Virus record (IMG/VR): IMGVR_UViG_3300034954_001721
Reading direction: 5' to 3' (one strand)
DNA: 64,000 bases
From: a virus
Positions 9,914 to 17,789 of this stretch are shown in pieces. How positions within the stretch are numbered: position 1 is the stretch's first letter; the number at the start of each line of letters is the position of its first letter. The notes below the pieces were generated by a model. The model saw only the letters and a program-made list of their open reading frames with translations. It ran no database searches and was not told the DNA's origin. The translations under genes and the position numbers were made by a program.

Positions 9914-10810
9914 ATGGCAAAAACTAGTTATTCTATATTTCATGTTCAAGGTGGGTTTGGAAAACACATTGCCGCAACAGCAGTAGCCAAGTGCATCAAG
10001 AATAATCATCCAGGCAGGCAGCTTGTAGTTGTTTGTGCTTGGCCAGAAATATTTCAAAATCTCCCGTTTGTTGATAGAGTGTATCAAATTGGTAATACCA
10101 GTTACTTCTATCAAACTTATGTGGAGAATCAGGACTCTCTGATTTTTCATAATGAACCATACTATACTACAGATCATATTCATAAGAAACTACCTCTTGT
10201 GAAGTCTTGGACTAAGATGTATGATCTGAAATATCGTGGAGAAATGCCTGATATTAAGTTCAATCCTTTGCAAAGAAAATTAGCAAAAGAATTTTGGACT
10301 GGTCGTGCTAACGGTAAACCCATCATGGTTATTCAGACTAATGGTGGAATGTACAATGAACAGAGACCATATTTGTGGGCTCGTGATATGCCTGTTGTAT
10401 TAGCACAAAAGATTGTCGATCATTATGCTGATGATTATCATATCTTTCAGGTAAAGAAAGCATCTAGTGAAGCATTAGATGGAGTAGAAGTTATTCAAGA
10501 TCCCATGTCTAACATGGAACTTGTTAGTACTCTTCTTCATAGCGATAAGAGAATTCTTATTGATAGTTGCTTACAACACGCAGCAGCAGCACTCAAACTT
10601 CCTTCAGTTGTTCTGTGGAACGGAACAAGTCCAAAGGTATTTGGGTGGGATATGCACACGAATATCCAGGCAGAAAAACCTGCTAATTTTAAACTTCCAA
10701 ATAGTTATTTGTTTGACTTTGATTTCATGGGAGTGGAAGCAGAGTATCCTTATGTAGATGAGGATGAAGAAATCTTTGATTTTGATAAAATTATAGAAGC
10801 AGTTGGCTAA
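9914..10810 (+). CDS. Glycosyltransferase, GT9 (heptosyltransferase)-like GT-B fold
   Basis: N-terminal GGFGKHIAATAV; C-terminal LIDSCLQHAAAALKLPSVVLWNGTSPKVFG matches the GT9 DSxxxHxAxAxxxPxxxLxG motif. Confidence 0.75.
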   Translation: MAKTSYSIFHVQGGFGKHIAATAVAKCIKNNHPGRQLVVVCAWPEIFQNLPFVDRVYQIGNTSYFYQTYVENQDSLIFHNEPYYTTDHIHKKLPLVKSWTKMYDLKYRGEMPDIKFNPLQRKLAKEFWTGRANGKPIMVIQTNGGMYNEQRPYLWARDMPVVLAQKIVDHYADDYHIFQVKKASSEALDGVEVIQDPMSNMELVSTLLHSDKRILIDSCLQHAAAALKLPSVVLWNGTSPKVFGWDMHTNIQAEKPANFKLPNSYLFDFDFMGVEAEYPYVDEDEEIFDFDKIIEAVG

Positions 10811-12492
10811 TGAATGTTATTGGACTTTATGGTGCGATTGGTTGGAATGTTCTAATTTCAGACAATCCAAAACTTCGTGAGCAGATGAATGATAGTTGGA
10901 CGCATGGTGCTAGTGTGTCCCTATTTTCTGATGGAAATCATGTTGTTAGTATTAGTGAAGAACGACTCAGTGGTATTAAATATGATGGAAATTTTCCGCG
11001 TAAGTCAGTAGAATATTGTCTATCTACAGGCAATCTTTCTAAAGAAGATATTGATGTAGTCATTGTTCCATCGATGGCTAATCAAAATTTCTATAAGAAT
11101 TACATCAATAAAACTATTGAAAAGAAAGTTAAAAGATATTTTCCAAAAGCAAAGGTAGAGATTGTATCGCACCATATGTGCCATGCATATTCTTCCGTAT
11201 TTTCATGTGATCATAACGAAGGATCTTTCATTACATTAGATAATGCTGGTTCTGTCCTGTTTGATACCACAGGAAATGTCTTTGCTTGTGAGAATCATTC
11301 ATTTGGATACTTCAATAAAGAGAAAGGTGTCTTCAAGTATTATCCTGGTATTCCAATGACTAATAATTTTGGAAATTACTATTGGATGTGGGCGTATAAT
11401 ATCTACACCCAGATGGTACAAAAACCAATTGAACTTACTGATCCAAAGTATCGTGAAACATTCTGTGGTAAGGTGATGGGTCTTTCTGCTTATGGAAATA
11501 TAAAAGAACCCAAGAAAGATTGGAGACTTCACTTTGAGGGAATTCCACAAGTAGCACTGGAGTCTTTACCTGGTCGTGATTTTAATTATGGTAATCTTTC
11601 TGCCGAAAATAAAGCAAAGCAACTTCAATATAACTTTGAAAATGCAATGCTTGAATGGATGAAGCAACTCAAAGAACAAGGGTATATTGAGGATAATCTT
11701 TGCCTTGCCGGTGGAGTATTCCTTAACATCCTTGCAAACTCTGTTCTTCGTAAGAATGATATTGCAAAGAACATGCACATTCCACCATTCCCTGATGATA
11801 CAGGACTTTCATTCGGTGCAGCTTGTTATGGTGCATTCAAGGCAAAAGAAAAGGTAACTCTTCCACATAACATTTCACTTCTCGGACGCACTTATAGTGA
11901 TGAAGAGATTGAGGAAGCACTTGAGGGCATTGAGTATAAGAAGTTTGATACCTTTGAGGAATTGTGTGATAAGACTGTAAATGTTCTTGCCGAGAATAAG
12001 ATTGTTGGTTGGTTCCAGAACCGTTCAGAGTTTGGTCCAAGAGCACTTGGTTCTAGGTCTATCCTTATGAATCCCACACCAAAGAAGAATAAGGAGACAA
12101 TAAATACTCGCATCAAACACAGAGAGGAATGGCGTCCGTTCGCAGGTATTATGCTTGAGGAATATCAAGATGAATACTTCATGGATACATATCCGAATGA
12201 ATATATGCTATACTCTTTAGTTGTAAAACCACATCAAAGAAAGAAACTCGGTGCAATTACACACAAGGATTTCTCTTGTAGAATTCAGACTGTGAATAAG
12301 AAGTTGCATCCAGAAGTTACCACACTCCTACAAAAATATAATGAGAAGACTGAATGCCCAGTTCTCCTCAATACATCTTTCAATGATAATGGTCAACCAA
12401 TCGTAGAAACTCCAAAGGATGCGGTTAAAACCTTTAAAAACATCGATTTGGATTATCTTGTGATTGGTAACTATCTTGTAGTAAAACAGTAA
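10810..12492 (+). CDS. Carbamoyltransferase (NodU/CmcH/TobZ family)
   Basis: SEERLSGIKY, HHMCHAYS, GKVMGLSAYG, AGGVFLN, PPFPDDTG, EFGPRALGSRS, IKHREEWRPFA, LLNTSFN. Confidence 0.92.
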   Translation: MNVIGLYGAIGWNVLISDNPKLREQMNDSWTHGASVSLFSDGNHVVSISEERLSGIKYDGNFPRKSVEYCLSTGNLSKEDIDVVIVPSMANQNFYKNYINKTIEKKVKRYFPKAKVEIVSHHMCHAYSSVFSCDHNEGSFITLDNAGSVLFDTTGNVFACENHSFGYFNKEKGVFKYYPGIPMTNNFGNYYWMWAYNIYTQMVQKPIELTDPKYRETFCGKVMGLSAYGNIKEPKKDWRLHFEGIPQVALESLPGRDFNYGNLSAENKAKQLQYNFENAMLEWMKQLKEQGYIEDNLCLAGGVFLNILANSVLRKNDIAKNMHIPPFPDDTGLSFGAACYGAFKAKEKVTLPHNISLLGRTYSDEEIEEALEGIEYKKFDTFEELCDKTVNVLAENKIVGWFQNRSEFGPRALGSRSILMNPTPKKNKETINTRIKHREEWRPFAGIMLEEYQDEYFMDTYPNEYMLYSLVVKPHQRKKLGAITHKDFSCRIQTVNKKLHPEVTTLLQKYNEKTECPVLLNTSFNDNGQPIVETPKDAVKTFKNIDLDYLVIGNYLVVKQ

Positions 12493-12496
12493 TCTT

Positions 12497-12733
12497 ATGA
12501 AATTTTTAGTATATTCCAAAAATGGATGTCCATATTGCTATAAAGTAATGTCGGTGTTAGAGATGACTGGTAATCAGTTTGTTGAGTATAAACTTGGCAG
12601 AGATTTTACAGGTCAAGAATTCTATGATAAATTTGGAAAAGGTTCTACTTTTCCACAAGTTCTTTGTGATGATAAAAAACTAGGAGGATGTGTTGACACC
12701 ATTCAGTTTCTCAGAGAAGAAAAAGTTATCTAA
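12497..12733 (+). CDS. Glutaredoxin
   Basis: CPYC active site, TFPQV, LGG. Confidence 0.9.
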   Translation: MKFLVYSKNGCPYCYKVMSVLEMTGNQFVEYKLGRDFTGQEFYDKFGKGSTFPQVLCDDKKLGGCVDTIQFLREEKVI

Positions 12734-12911
12734 TCAAGACATAAATAAAACTACCACCCGTGAAGTCAATCGTGGGGTTGAACTTATTCTTAATGGAGGG
12801 AAGAGGCAATCTAAACCATTTCATATAATTTTTGAAAAGATGGTTTGCTTCTTCAAACGGGAAGTAACTATCTACTTCGAATTTTCCTTTCAATTGAGGA
12901 AAAAAAGTTAG
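12690..12911 (+). CDS. Conserved cyanophage hypothetical protein (start uncertain: GTG 12690 or TTG 12693)
   Basis: AGGAGG at 12682-12687 inside the glutaredoxin gene precedes the start; fills the gap to 12930. Confidence 0.45.
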   Translation: MLTPFSFSEKKKLSNQDINKTTTREVNRGVELILNGGKRQSKPFHIIFEKMVCFFKREVTIYFEFSFQLRKKS

Positions 12912-12929
12912 TTCCCAGAGGTAAGAGCA

Positions 12930-13157
12930 ATGTTAGCAGTAAGTTTAGTCTTTGGTTCATTTTTGACCATCCTGTTTCTTGTAGTGGGACTAATTGGAGG
13001 TTGGACTGCTAGAGAATATATGATGAATTATCGGGAAGTACCAAGACCTCACCCCGAAATGTTTGATAATCAGGGCAACCTGATTCCAGATGAGGTTATT
13101 GCATTTAATTTTGAAAACTATTATGACGACAGCGAAGAAGACGACATCAACGAATAG
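12930..13157 (+). CDS. Conserved cyanophage membrane-anchored hypothetical protein
   Basis: N-terminal TM helix, HPEMFDxxGNLIPDE motif, GAGG SD. Confidence 0.65.
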   Translation: MLAVSLVFGSFLTILFLVVGLIGGWTAREYMMNYREVPRPHPEMFDNQGNLIPDEVIAFNFENYYDDSEEDDINE

Positions 13158-13743
13158 AAAAAAGACAACTACTTCAAAACCAAAAACAATTGCAAGAAAG
13201 AGTCAATCTATTCCCGACCTCCCTGCAAATCCTTTTATCTTTGAGATTTTTGATTTGTGTGGGAAGCAGCGTAGTTCTGCTAAAAAAGTAGAAGTACTTC
13301 AAAAGTACTCCCATCCTTGTTTGAAAACTATCTTCATCTGGAACTATGATGAAAGTGTAGTTTCTATTCTTCCTGCAGGAGATGTTCCATATGCTGCTGT
13401 AGATGAGATGGATTCTTTCAAGGGCACTCTTTCTGAAAAGATTGCAGATGCTGTAGAAAAAATGGGTGAAATGGGAAGTCGTTCACTTGGTTCTCAAGAT
13501 CAAGGTCAGACATCTCTTCGTAAAGAGTATACAAAGTTTTATAATTTTGTAAAAGGTGGTAATGATGCACTGAGTTCTCTTCGTAAAGAGACTATGTTTA
13601 TCAACCTTCTTCAAGGTCTTCATCCACTTGAAGCTGAGATTGTATGCTTGATTAAAGATAAAAAACTTGAAACAAAGTATAAGATTACTAAAGATGTAGT
13701 CTCTAAAGCATACCCTGATATTCAATGGGGTAATCGTTCTTGA
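13123..13743 (+). CDS. Conserved T4-like cyanophage hypothetical protein
   Basis: ATG 13123; motifs LPxGDVPY and RKETMFINLLQGLHPLEAE. Confidence 0.65.
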   Translation: MTTAKKTTSTNRKKTTTSKPKTIARKSQSIPDLPANPFIFEIFDLCGKQRSSAKKVEVLQKYSHPCLKTIFIWNYDESVVSILPAGDVPYAAVDEMDSFKGTLSEKIADAVEKMGEMGSRSLGSQDQGQTSLRKEYTKFYNFVKGGNDALSSLRKETMFINLLQGLHPLEAEIVCLIKDKKLETKYKITKDVVSKAYPDIQWGNRS

Positions 13744-13756
13744 TCGGAGTTTTATT

Positions 13757-14116
13757 ATGAATAAAGAAGTTACAGAGGTGTCCACAGAGACATCTGTGGA
13801 GAAGAAACCTATGTATTCTTGGACACAATCAGAAAAAGATAACTCCAAAAAACTTTATGGAGTTGAAATTATGATTGAGAATGGCACACTGGAGCAAGTC
13901 AAGACAAAAGACTGTCCTAATGATGCCAGGATTGTTACTTATGAGGTTGATGGTGAAATCAGATATGATTTGACTCGTAGTCAAAAAGCAGTCAATATTT
14001 TTGATATGTACTATGATAAATTTGGTAAGAGTTTAAAAGATATTCAGTTTGGTGAAGGGAGACACAATCCTAAACTCTGGGGGATTCAAGCACCCAAAAC
14101 CAAAAAGAAGAAGTGA
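13757..14116 (+). CDS. Conserved cyanophage hypothetical protein
   Basis: GGAG SD; IFDMYYDKFG motif. Confidence 0.6.
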   Translation: MNKEVTEVSTETSVEKKPMYSWTQSEKDNSKKLYGVEIMIENGTLEQVKTKDCPNDARIVTYEVDGEIRYDLTRSQKAVNIFDMYYDKFGKSLKDIQFGEGRHNPKLWGIQAPKTKKKK

Positions 14117-14176
14117 TTTCCCAGATCGGGGGAAAAAATTCCGGCAAAAATTTTGCTTCTTAAAGTTTTTTAAAAA

Positions 14177-14192
14177 TGTATCATAAGTTACA
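14177..14192 (+). promoter_or_regulatory. Putative NtcA binding site (tGTA-N8-TACa)
   Basis: TGTA TCATAAGT TACA, exact match to the cyanobacterial NtcA consensus, 8 nt upstream of a -35 box. Confidence 0.65.
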
Positions 14193-14199
14193 TAATTAC

Positions 14200-14228
14200 T
14201 TGACTACATAGTGTATAGGAGTTATAAT
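14200..14228 (+). promoter_or_regulatory. Host sigma70-type promoter
   Basis: TTGACT (14200-05), 17 nt spacer, TATAAT (14223-28); predicted TSS about 14234-14235. Confidence 0.8.
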
Positions 14229-14237
14229 ACTCTAGTA

Positions 14238-14281
14238 CGTTCATCCCACTCTTGGGTGGGACGCAAGTAAGTCGCGGAACG
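14238..14281 (+). ncRNA. Glutamine riboswitch aptamer 1 (glutamine-II / Downstream-peptide-like)
   Basis: CGTTC-A-TCCCAC[loop]GTGGGA-CGCAAG...GGAACG; P1 CGTTC/GAACG and P2 TCCCAC/GTGGGA pair; lies at the transcript 5' end upstream of a YRG peptide. Confidence 0.7.
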
Positions 14282-14284
14282 GAG

Positions 14285-14469
14285 CGTTCATCCCATGTTA
14301 ATAGAATCACTTCTATACGCAACACTCAATTGTCAAGATTCTGATGCGATTATGCTCAGGATCGCTAGACATGAATCTTTACCACCTAAGGTAAAGATTG
14401 AGTTGGTTGAGACCGTAAGGGAAGCAACCGAACCTGAGTGTTACTGGGACGCAAACGACTGAAGGAACG
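14285..14469 (+). ncRNA. Glutamine riboswitch aptamer 2 (glutamine-II-like) with an about 150-nt coding insert in the P2 loop
   Basis: CGTTC-A-TCCCA (14285-95) ... TGGGA-CGCAAA-CGACT-GAA-GGAACG (14445-69); same conserved halves as aptamer 1. Confidence 0.6.
14295..14462 (+). CDS. 55-aa hypothetical protein nested in aptamer 2 (MLIESLLYATLNCQDSDAIMLRIARHESLPPKVKIELVETVREATEPECYWDAND)
   Basis: Read by hand; GGAG SD at 14281-84; ATG 14295 to TGA 14462. Confidence 0.6.
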   Translation: MLIESLLYATLNCQDSDAIMLRIARHESLPPKVKIELVETVREATEPECYWDAND

Positions 14470-14504
14470 GGGCTAAAAATCCCTAGTATTTCAGGTAACG
14501 ACAA

Positions 14505-14672
14505 ATGAACACACTAACTCTCATCAAGAAGCAAATCGAGAAGGCAGCAGCACTGCATGACGCTCAGATCACTCACACATCATATCGTGGTGTTGAGTAT
14601 GATACTCGTTGTGTAGAAAGCAAAGAGTCACACGGCACTTTCTGCTATCGTGGTCACACTTATAACAAGTGA
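14505..14672 (+). CDS. DUF4278-like small protein with two YRG motifs (55 aa)
   Basis: MNTLTLIKKQIEKAAALHDAQITHTSYRGVEYDTRCVESKESHGTFCYRGHTYNK; YRGxxY is the DUF4278 hallmark and this family is the usual partner of glutamine-II riboswitches. Confidence 0.75.
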   Translation: MNTLTLIKKQIEKAAALHDAQITHTSYRGVEYDTRCVESKESHGTFCYRGHTYNK

Positions 14673-14679
14673 GGCAATT

Positions 14680-14775
14680 ATGCAAGCAATTCAAGTAGCA
14701 TCATTAGGTTCTATTTTTATCATTGCATTTCTTGGTTTACTTTACGGAGAACTCACACTTTTGCATAAGAGGTGA
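14680..14775 (+). CDS. 31-aa single-TM peptide (MQAIQVASLGSIFIIAFLGLLYGELTLLHKR)
   Basis: GAGG SD at 14671-74; hydrophobic core; ends before the terminator. Confidence 0.5.
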   Translation: MQAIQVASLGSIFIIAFLGLLYGELTLLHKR

Positions 14776-14790
14776 GAAAATTAATAATCA

Positions 14791-14817
14791 AAGAGGGGTT
14801 TCGACCCCTCTTTTTTT
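14791..14817 (+). terminator. Rho-independent terminator
   Basis: AAGAGGGGT-TTCG-ACCCCTCTT followed by a T run. Confidence 0.85.
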
Positions 14818-14848
14818 ATGCTATAATAAGTGCAGTGTATACACTATT

Positions 14849-15034
14849 ATGGACAAGGAACGACTAAAACTTATCGTTCGTAATCTTGAACTATTAGTTG
14901 ATGGATTGAAAGCAGAAGTTTACTCTGATCCAAGTGCTTACATGGATAAAAGAGAAAACTTTGATGATCCAGCACATTATTACAAAGCAGACTACGACGA
15001 GGTATTCAACGATGACGACGGGTATCCCGACTGA
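14849..15034 (+). CDS. Conserved cyanophage hypothetical protein (MDKERLKLIVRNLELLV...)
   Basis: ATG 14849 downstream of TGCTATAAT (extended -10 at 14819-27); the longer 14723 start would cross the terminator. Confidence 0.6.
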   Translation: MDKERLKLIVRNLELLVDGLKAEVYSDPSAYMDKRENFDDPAHYYKADYDEVFNDDDGYPD

Positions 15035-15191
15035 ACGGGCAAGAAAGTATATGAAATTGCTTCGCAGATTGGTGAAGCAAGAACATCTTTATACAGAAGA
15101 AAAACTGATTGAGATGAAGAAACAATTGCGGGTTTTAGAAGAAGAGCTTGCTGTGCTAGAATCAAAAGTGTCAAAAGGATTTGGTAAATGA
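15012..15191 (+). CDS. Conserved cyanophage hypothetical coiled-coil protein
   Basis: ATG 15012; ends SKGFGK overlapping the thyX start. Confidence 0.5.
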   Translation: MTTGIPTERARKYMKLLRRLVKQEHLYTEEKLIEMKKQLRVLEEELAVLESKVSKGFGK

Positions 15192-15823
15192 GTGTAAAAC
15201 TGATCAGTGTAACTCCCGATGCGGAGAAGATGATGGCATACGTTGCTCGTGTGTCAAACCCCAATAACCAGGAAAACCCTAACTACGCAAAATTATTGGG
15301 TTACTGCATTAAGCACAACCACTGGTCTGTGTTTGAGCAGGCATTTATGACTCTGGAACTTCAAACTACCAGAGGGGTGGCGGCTCAAGTGCTCCGGCAC
15401 CGTTCGTTCACATATCAAGAATTTTCGCAACGCTATGCTGACAGTTCTATGTTGGCAGAACGTATTCCCCTTCCAGAACTTCGCAGGCAGGACACTAAAA
15501 ATCGCCAGAATTCTATTGATGATATTGATCCCTTTGTGAATCAAGAGTTTCAAATCAAAATGGAAAATCATTTCCAAGAAGGTATGAAACTCTATCAAGA
15601 GATGCTTAAATATGGCATCGCAAAGGAGTGTGCTCGTTTTGTGCTTCCTCTTGCCACACCCACCAGAATTTACATGTCTGGTTCATGTCGCTCATGGATT
15701 CATTATATCAATCTCCGTACTGCTAACGGCACTCAGAAAGAGCACATGGACCTTGCAGAAGGTTGTAAGAAAGTGTTTATTGAGCAGTTTCCAACTTGTG
15801 CAGAAGCCCTTGAGTGGGTCTAA
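15188..15823 (+). CDS. thyX: Flavin-dependent thymidylate synthase
   Basis: HWSVFEQ and the ThyX motif RHRSFTYQEFSQRY; AKECARFVLP. Confidence 0.95.
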   Translation: MSVKLISVTPDAEKMMAYVARVSNPNNQENPNYAKLLGYCIKHNHWSVFEQAFMTLELQTTRGVAAQVLRHRSFTYQEFSQRYADSSMLAERIPLPELRRQDTKNRQNSIDDIDPFVNQEFQIKMENHFQEGMKLYQEMLKYGIAKECARFVLPLATPTRIYMSGSCRSWIHYINLRTANGTQKEHMDLAEGCKKVFIEQFPTCAEALEWV

Positions 15824-15846
15824 ATAAAATACATTGAAATTTGATT

Positions 15847-16095
15847 ATGGCAACGTATCCTGTTATTCATAAGGAAACTGGAGAGCAAAAACAAGTTAGT
15901 ATGAGTGTTCACGATTGGACACAATGGTGTGAAGACAATCCCGAATGGCAACGAGATTGGTCAGATCCATCTACCTGTCCTGCTTCAGCTGAAGTTGGGG
16001 AATGGAAGGATAAACTTCGTAAGTCTTATCCAGGGTGGAATGATGTTCTTGGAAAAGCATCTAAAGCACCTGGTTCAACTGTAAAGAAAATTTAA
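15847..16095 (+). CDS. Conserved small protein preceding phoH (FmdB-like position in T4-like phages)
   Basis: MATYPVIHKETGE...GWNDVL; TAAATA at 15821. Confidence 0.6.
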   Translation: MATYPVIHKETGEQKQVSMSVHDWTQWCEDNPEWQRDWSDPSTCPASAEVGEWKDKLRKSYPGWNDVLGKASKAPGSTVKKI

Positions 16096-16097
16096 AT

Positions 16098-16862
16098 ATG
16101 GCAAGAAGGAAAAGAGCATCTGCAAAAGATGAACAACCAATTGGAGTTGGTCTTACTGCAAAGCAGATGAAGAGAAAAAAACCACTAAGTCAAGAGTATT
16201 TGGTTGATATTGATCCATTATCTGATAATCAAAAACAACTCTTTGATTCATATAATGAAGGAAAGCATATTGTTGCATATGGTTGTGCAGGCACCGGTAA
16301 AACCTTTATTACCCTCTACAATGCTCTTCGTGATGTTCTGAGTGAAAATACTCCATATGAGCGCATTTACCTTGTACGCTCTCTTGTAGCAACTAGAGAG
16401 ATTGGTTTTCTTCCAGGTTCACATGAAGACAAGGCAGACATTTACCAAATTCCTTATAAGAATATGGTGAAATATATGTTCCAGATGCCTAGTGATGCAG
16501 ACTTTGAAATGCTGTATGGAAACTTAAAATCTCAGGAATCTATCAAGTTCTGGTCTACTTCATTTTTGCGTGGAACAACTCTTGATAATGCGATTGTTAT
16601 TGTGGACGAGTTCCAGAATCTAAACTTTCATGAACTTGATAGTATTATTACCCGTGTTGGTGAGAATACTAAGATCTGTTTCTGTGGAGATGCACGTCAA
16701 TCTGATTTGCAGAAAGATAAGGAAAAGAATGGTATTGTTGATTTTCTCAACATCTTGCGTAAAATGGAATCATTTGATATAATTGAGTTTGATGTTGACG
16801 ATATTGTTCGTTCTGGACTCGTCAAAGAATATATTATTGCAAAAATGGAATCTGGTTTTTGA
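16098..16862 (+). CDS. phoH: PhoH-like ATPase
   Basis: GCAGTGKT Walker A, REIGFLPG, FLRGTT, IVDEFQN, GDxxQSD, DIVRSGLV. Confidence 0.95.
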   Translation: MARRKRASAKDEQPIGVGLTAKQMKRKKPLSQEYLVDIDPLSDNQKQLFDSYNEGKHIVAYGCAGTGKTFITLYNALRDVLSENTPYERIYLVRSLVATREIGFLPGSHEDKADIYQIPYKNMVKYMFQMPSDADFEMLYGNLKSQESIKFWSTSFLRGTTLDNAIVIVDEFQNLNFHELDSIITRVGENTKICFCGDARQSDLQKDKEKNGIVDFLNILRKMESFDIIEFDVDDIVRSGLVKEYIIAKMESGF

Positions 16863-17542
16863 TGTTTAATTATGTTGATGTAAGTCTCCCTCAACTTGAG
16901 AGGGAGACAATTGATGGGGTGAGATACTACTCTGTTCCCGATGAAGAAGAACTCCTCCGACTGGTCTCCATTACTTCGGTGACCAGTCATTTTAATAAGG
17001 AGATTTTTATTAAATGGAGGAAAAGAGTTGGTAATGAAGAAGCAGATCGTATCACGAAAAAAGCAACTAGTCGCGGTACGGATATGCACACTCTTACCGA
17101 ACATTATCTCAAGAATGAGAATCTTCCAAAGGTTCAACCTATCTCTGATTTTCTGTTCAAGATTTCTAAAGAGAACCTAAATCGTATAAATAACATACAC
17201 GCCCTTGAGGGTTCGCTATATAGTAAGCAATTAGGAATTGCTGGAACAGTAGATTGTATCGCTGAATATGACGGCGAGTTAGCAATAATCGACTTCAAGA
17301 CTTCAAAAAAACCAAAACCCCGAGAGTGGATTGACCACTACTTTGTACAGTGCATGGCATATGGTTGTATGCTGTATGAATTGACTGGTATTTCAGTCAA
17401 AAAACTTGTAATTATCATGGCATGTGAAAATGGAGAATGCGTCGTCTATGAAGAGCGAGACAAATCAAAGTACATCAAACTTCTCACAGAATACATTGGA
17501 AAGTTTGTTAGAGATAAACTGGAACTCTATGGAACCAAATAA
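16862..17542 (+). CDS. PD-(D/E)XK (Cas4-like) exonuclease
   Basis: SITSV, RGTDMH, AGTVDCI, IIDFKTS, YFVQxxAY; syntenic between phoH and gp33. Confidence 0.85.
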   Translation: MFNYVDVSLPQLERETIDGVRYYSVPDEEELLRLVSITSVTSHFNKEIFIKWRKRVGNEEADRITKKATSRGTDMHTLTEHYLKNENLPKVQPISDFLFKISKENLNRINNIHALEGSLYSKQLGIAGTVDCIAEYDGELAIIDFKTSKKPKPREWIDHYFVQCMAYGCMLYELTGISVKKLVIIMACENGECVVYEERDKSKYIKLLTEYIGKFVRDKLELYGTK

Positions 17543-17789
17543 AGAACTAGAAAAAGCAATCGAGAGTAAATTTTTGACCCCCTCAAAATTTGCCTTAGAA
17601 ATTGAAAAAATTGTTGCTGAAGAAAAATTTAACTATATTGATGCTATTTGTCATTATTGTGAAATCAATGAACTTGAGGTAGACTCTATATCTAAGTTAG
17701 TATCTAAACCACTAAAAGAAAAACTGAAGTGGGATGCTACGAGACTTAATTTTATGAAACGAACTTCGAGAGCAAAATTGCCTTTATGA
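17529..17789 (+). CDS. gp33: Late promoter transcription accessory protein gp33
   Basis: FALEIEKIV...YIDAICHYCE...KPLKEKLKWDA; synteny with gp59 and gp32. Confidence 0.85.
   Translation: MEPNKELEKAIESKFLTPSKFALEIEKIVAEEKFNYIDAICHYCEINELEVDSISKLVSKPLKEKLKWDATRLNFMKRTSRAKLPL

Noticed and set aside
12497-12733. Glutaredoxin as a dedicated member of the Cys-fibre modification cluster
   Set aside because: Glutaredoxin is a common core gene of T4-like cyanophages; adjacency alone is not evidence.
14723-14848. N-terminal extension of the 14723..15034 ORF
   Set aside because: Runs through a clear terminator and overlaps the 31-aa peptide gene; ATG 14849 is more plausible.
15824-16097. Pho box upstream of phoH
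   Set aside because: No convincing tandem PhoB-type repeat seen; only a TAAATA late motif.
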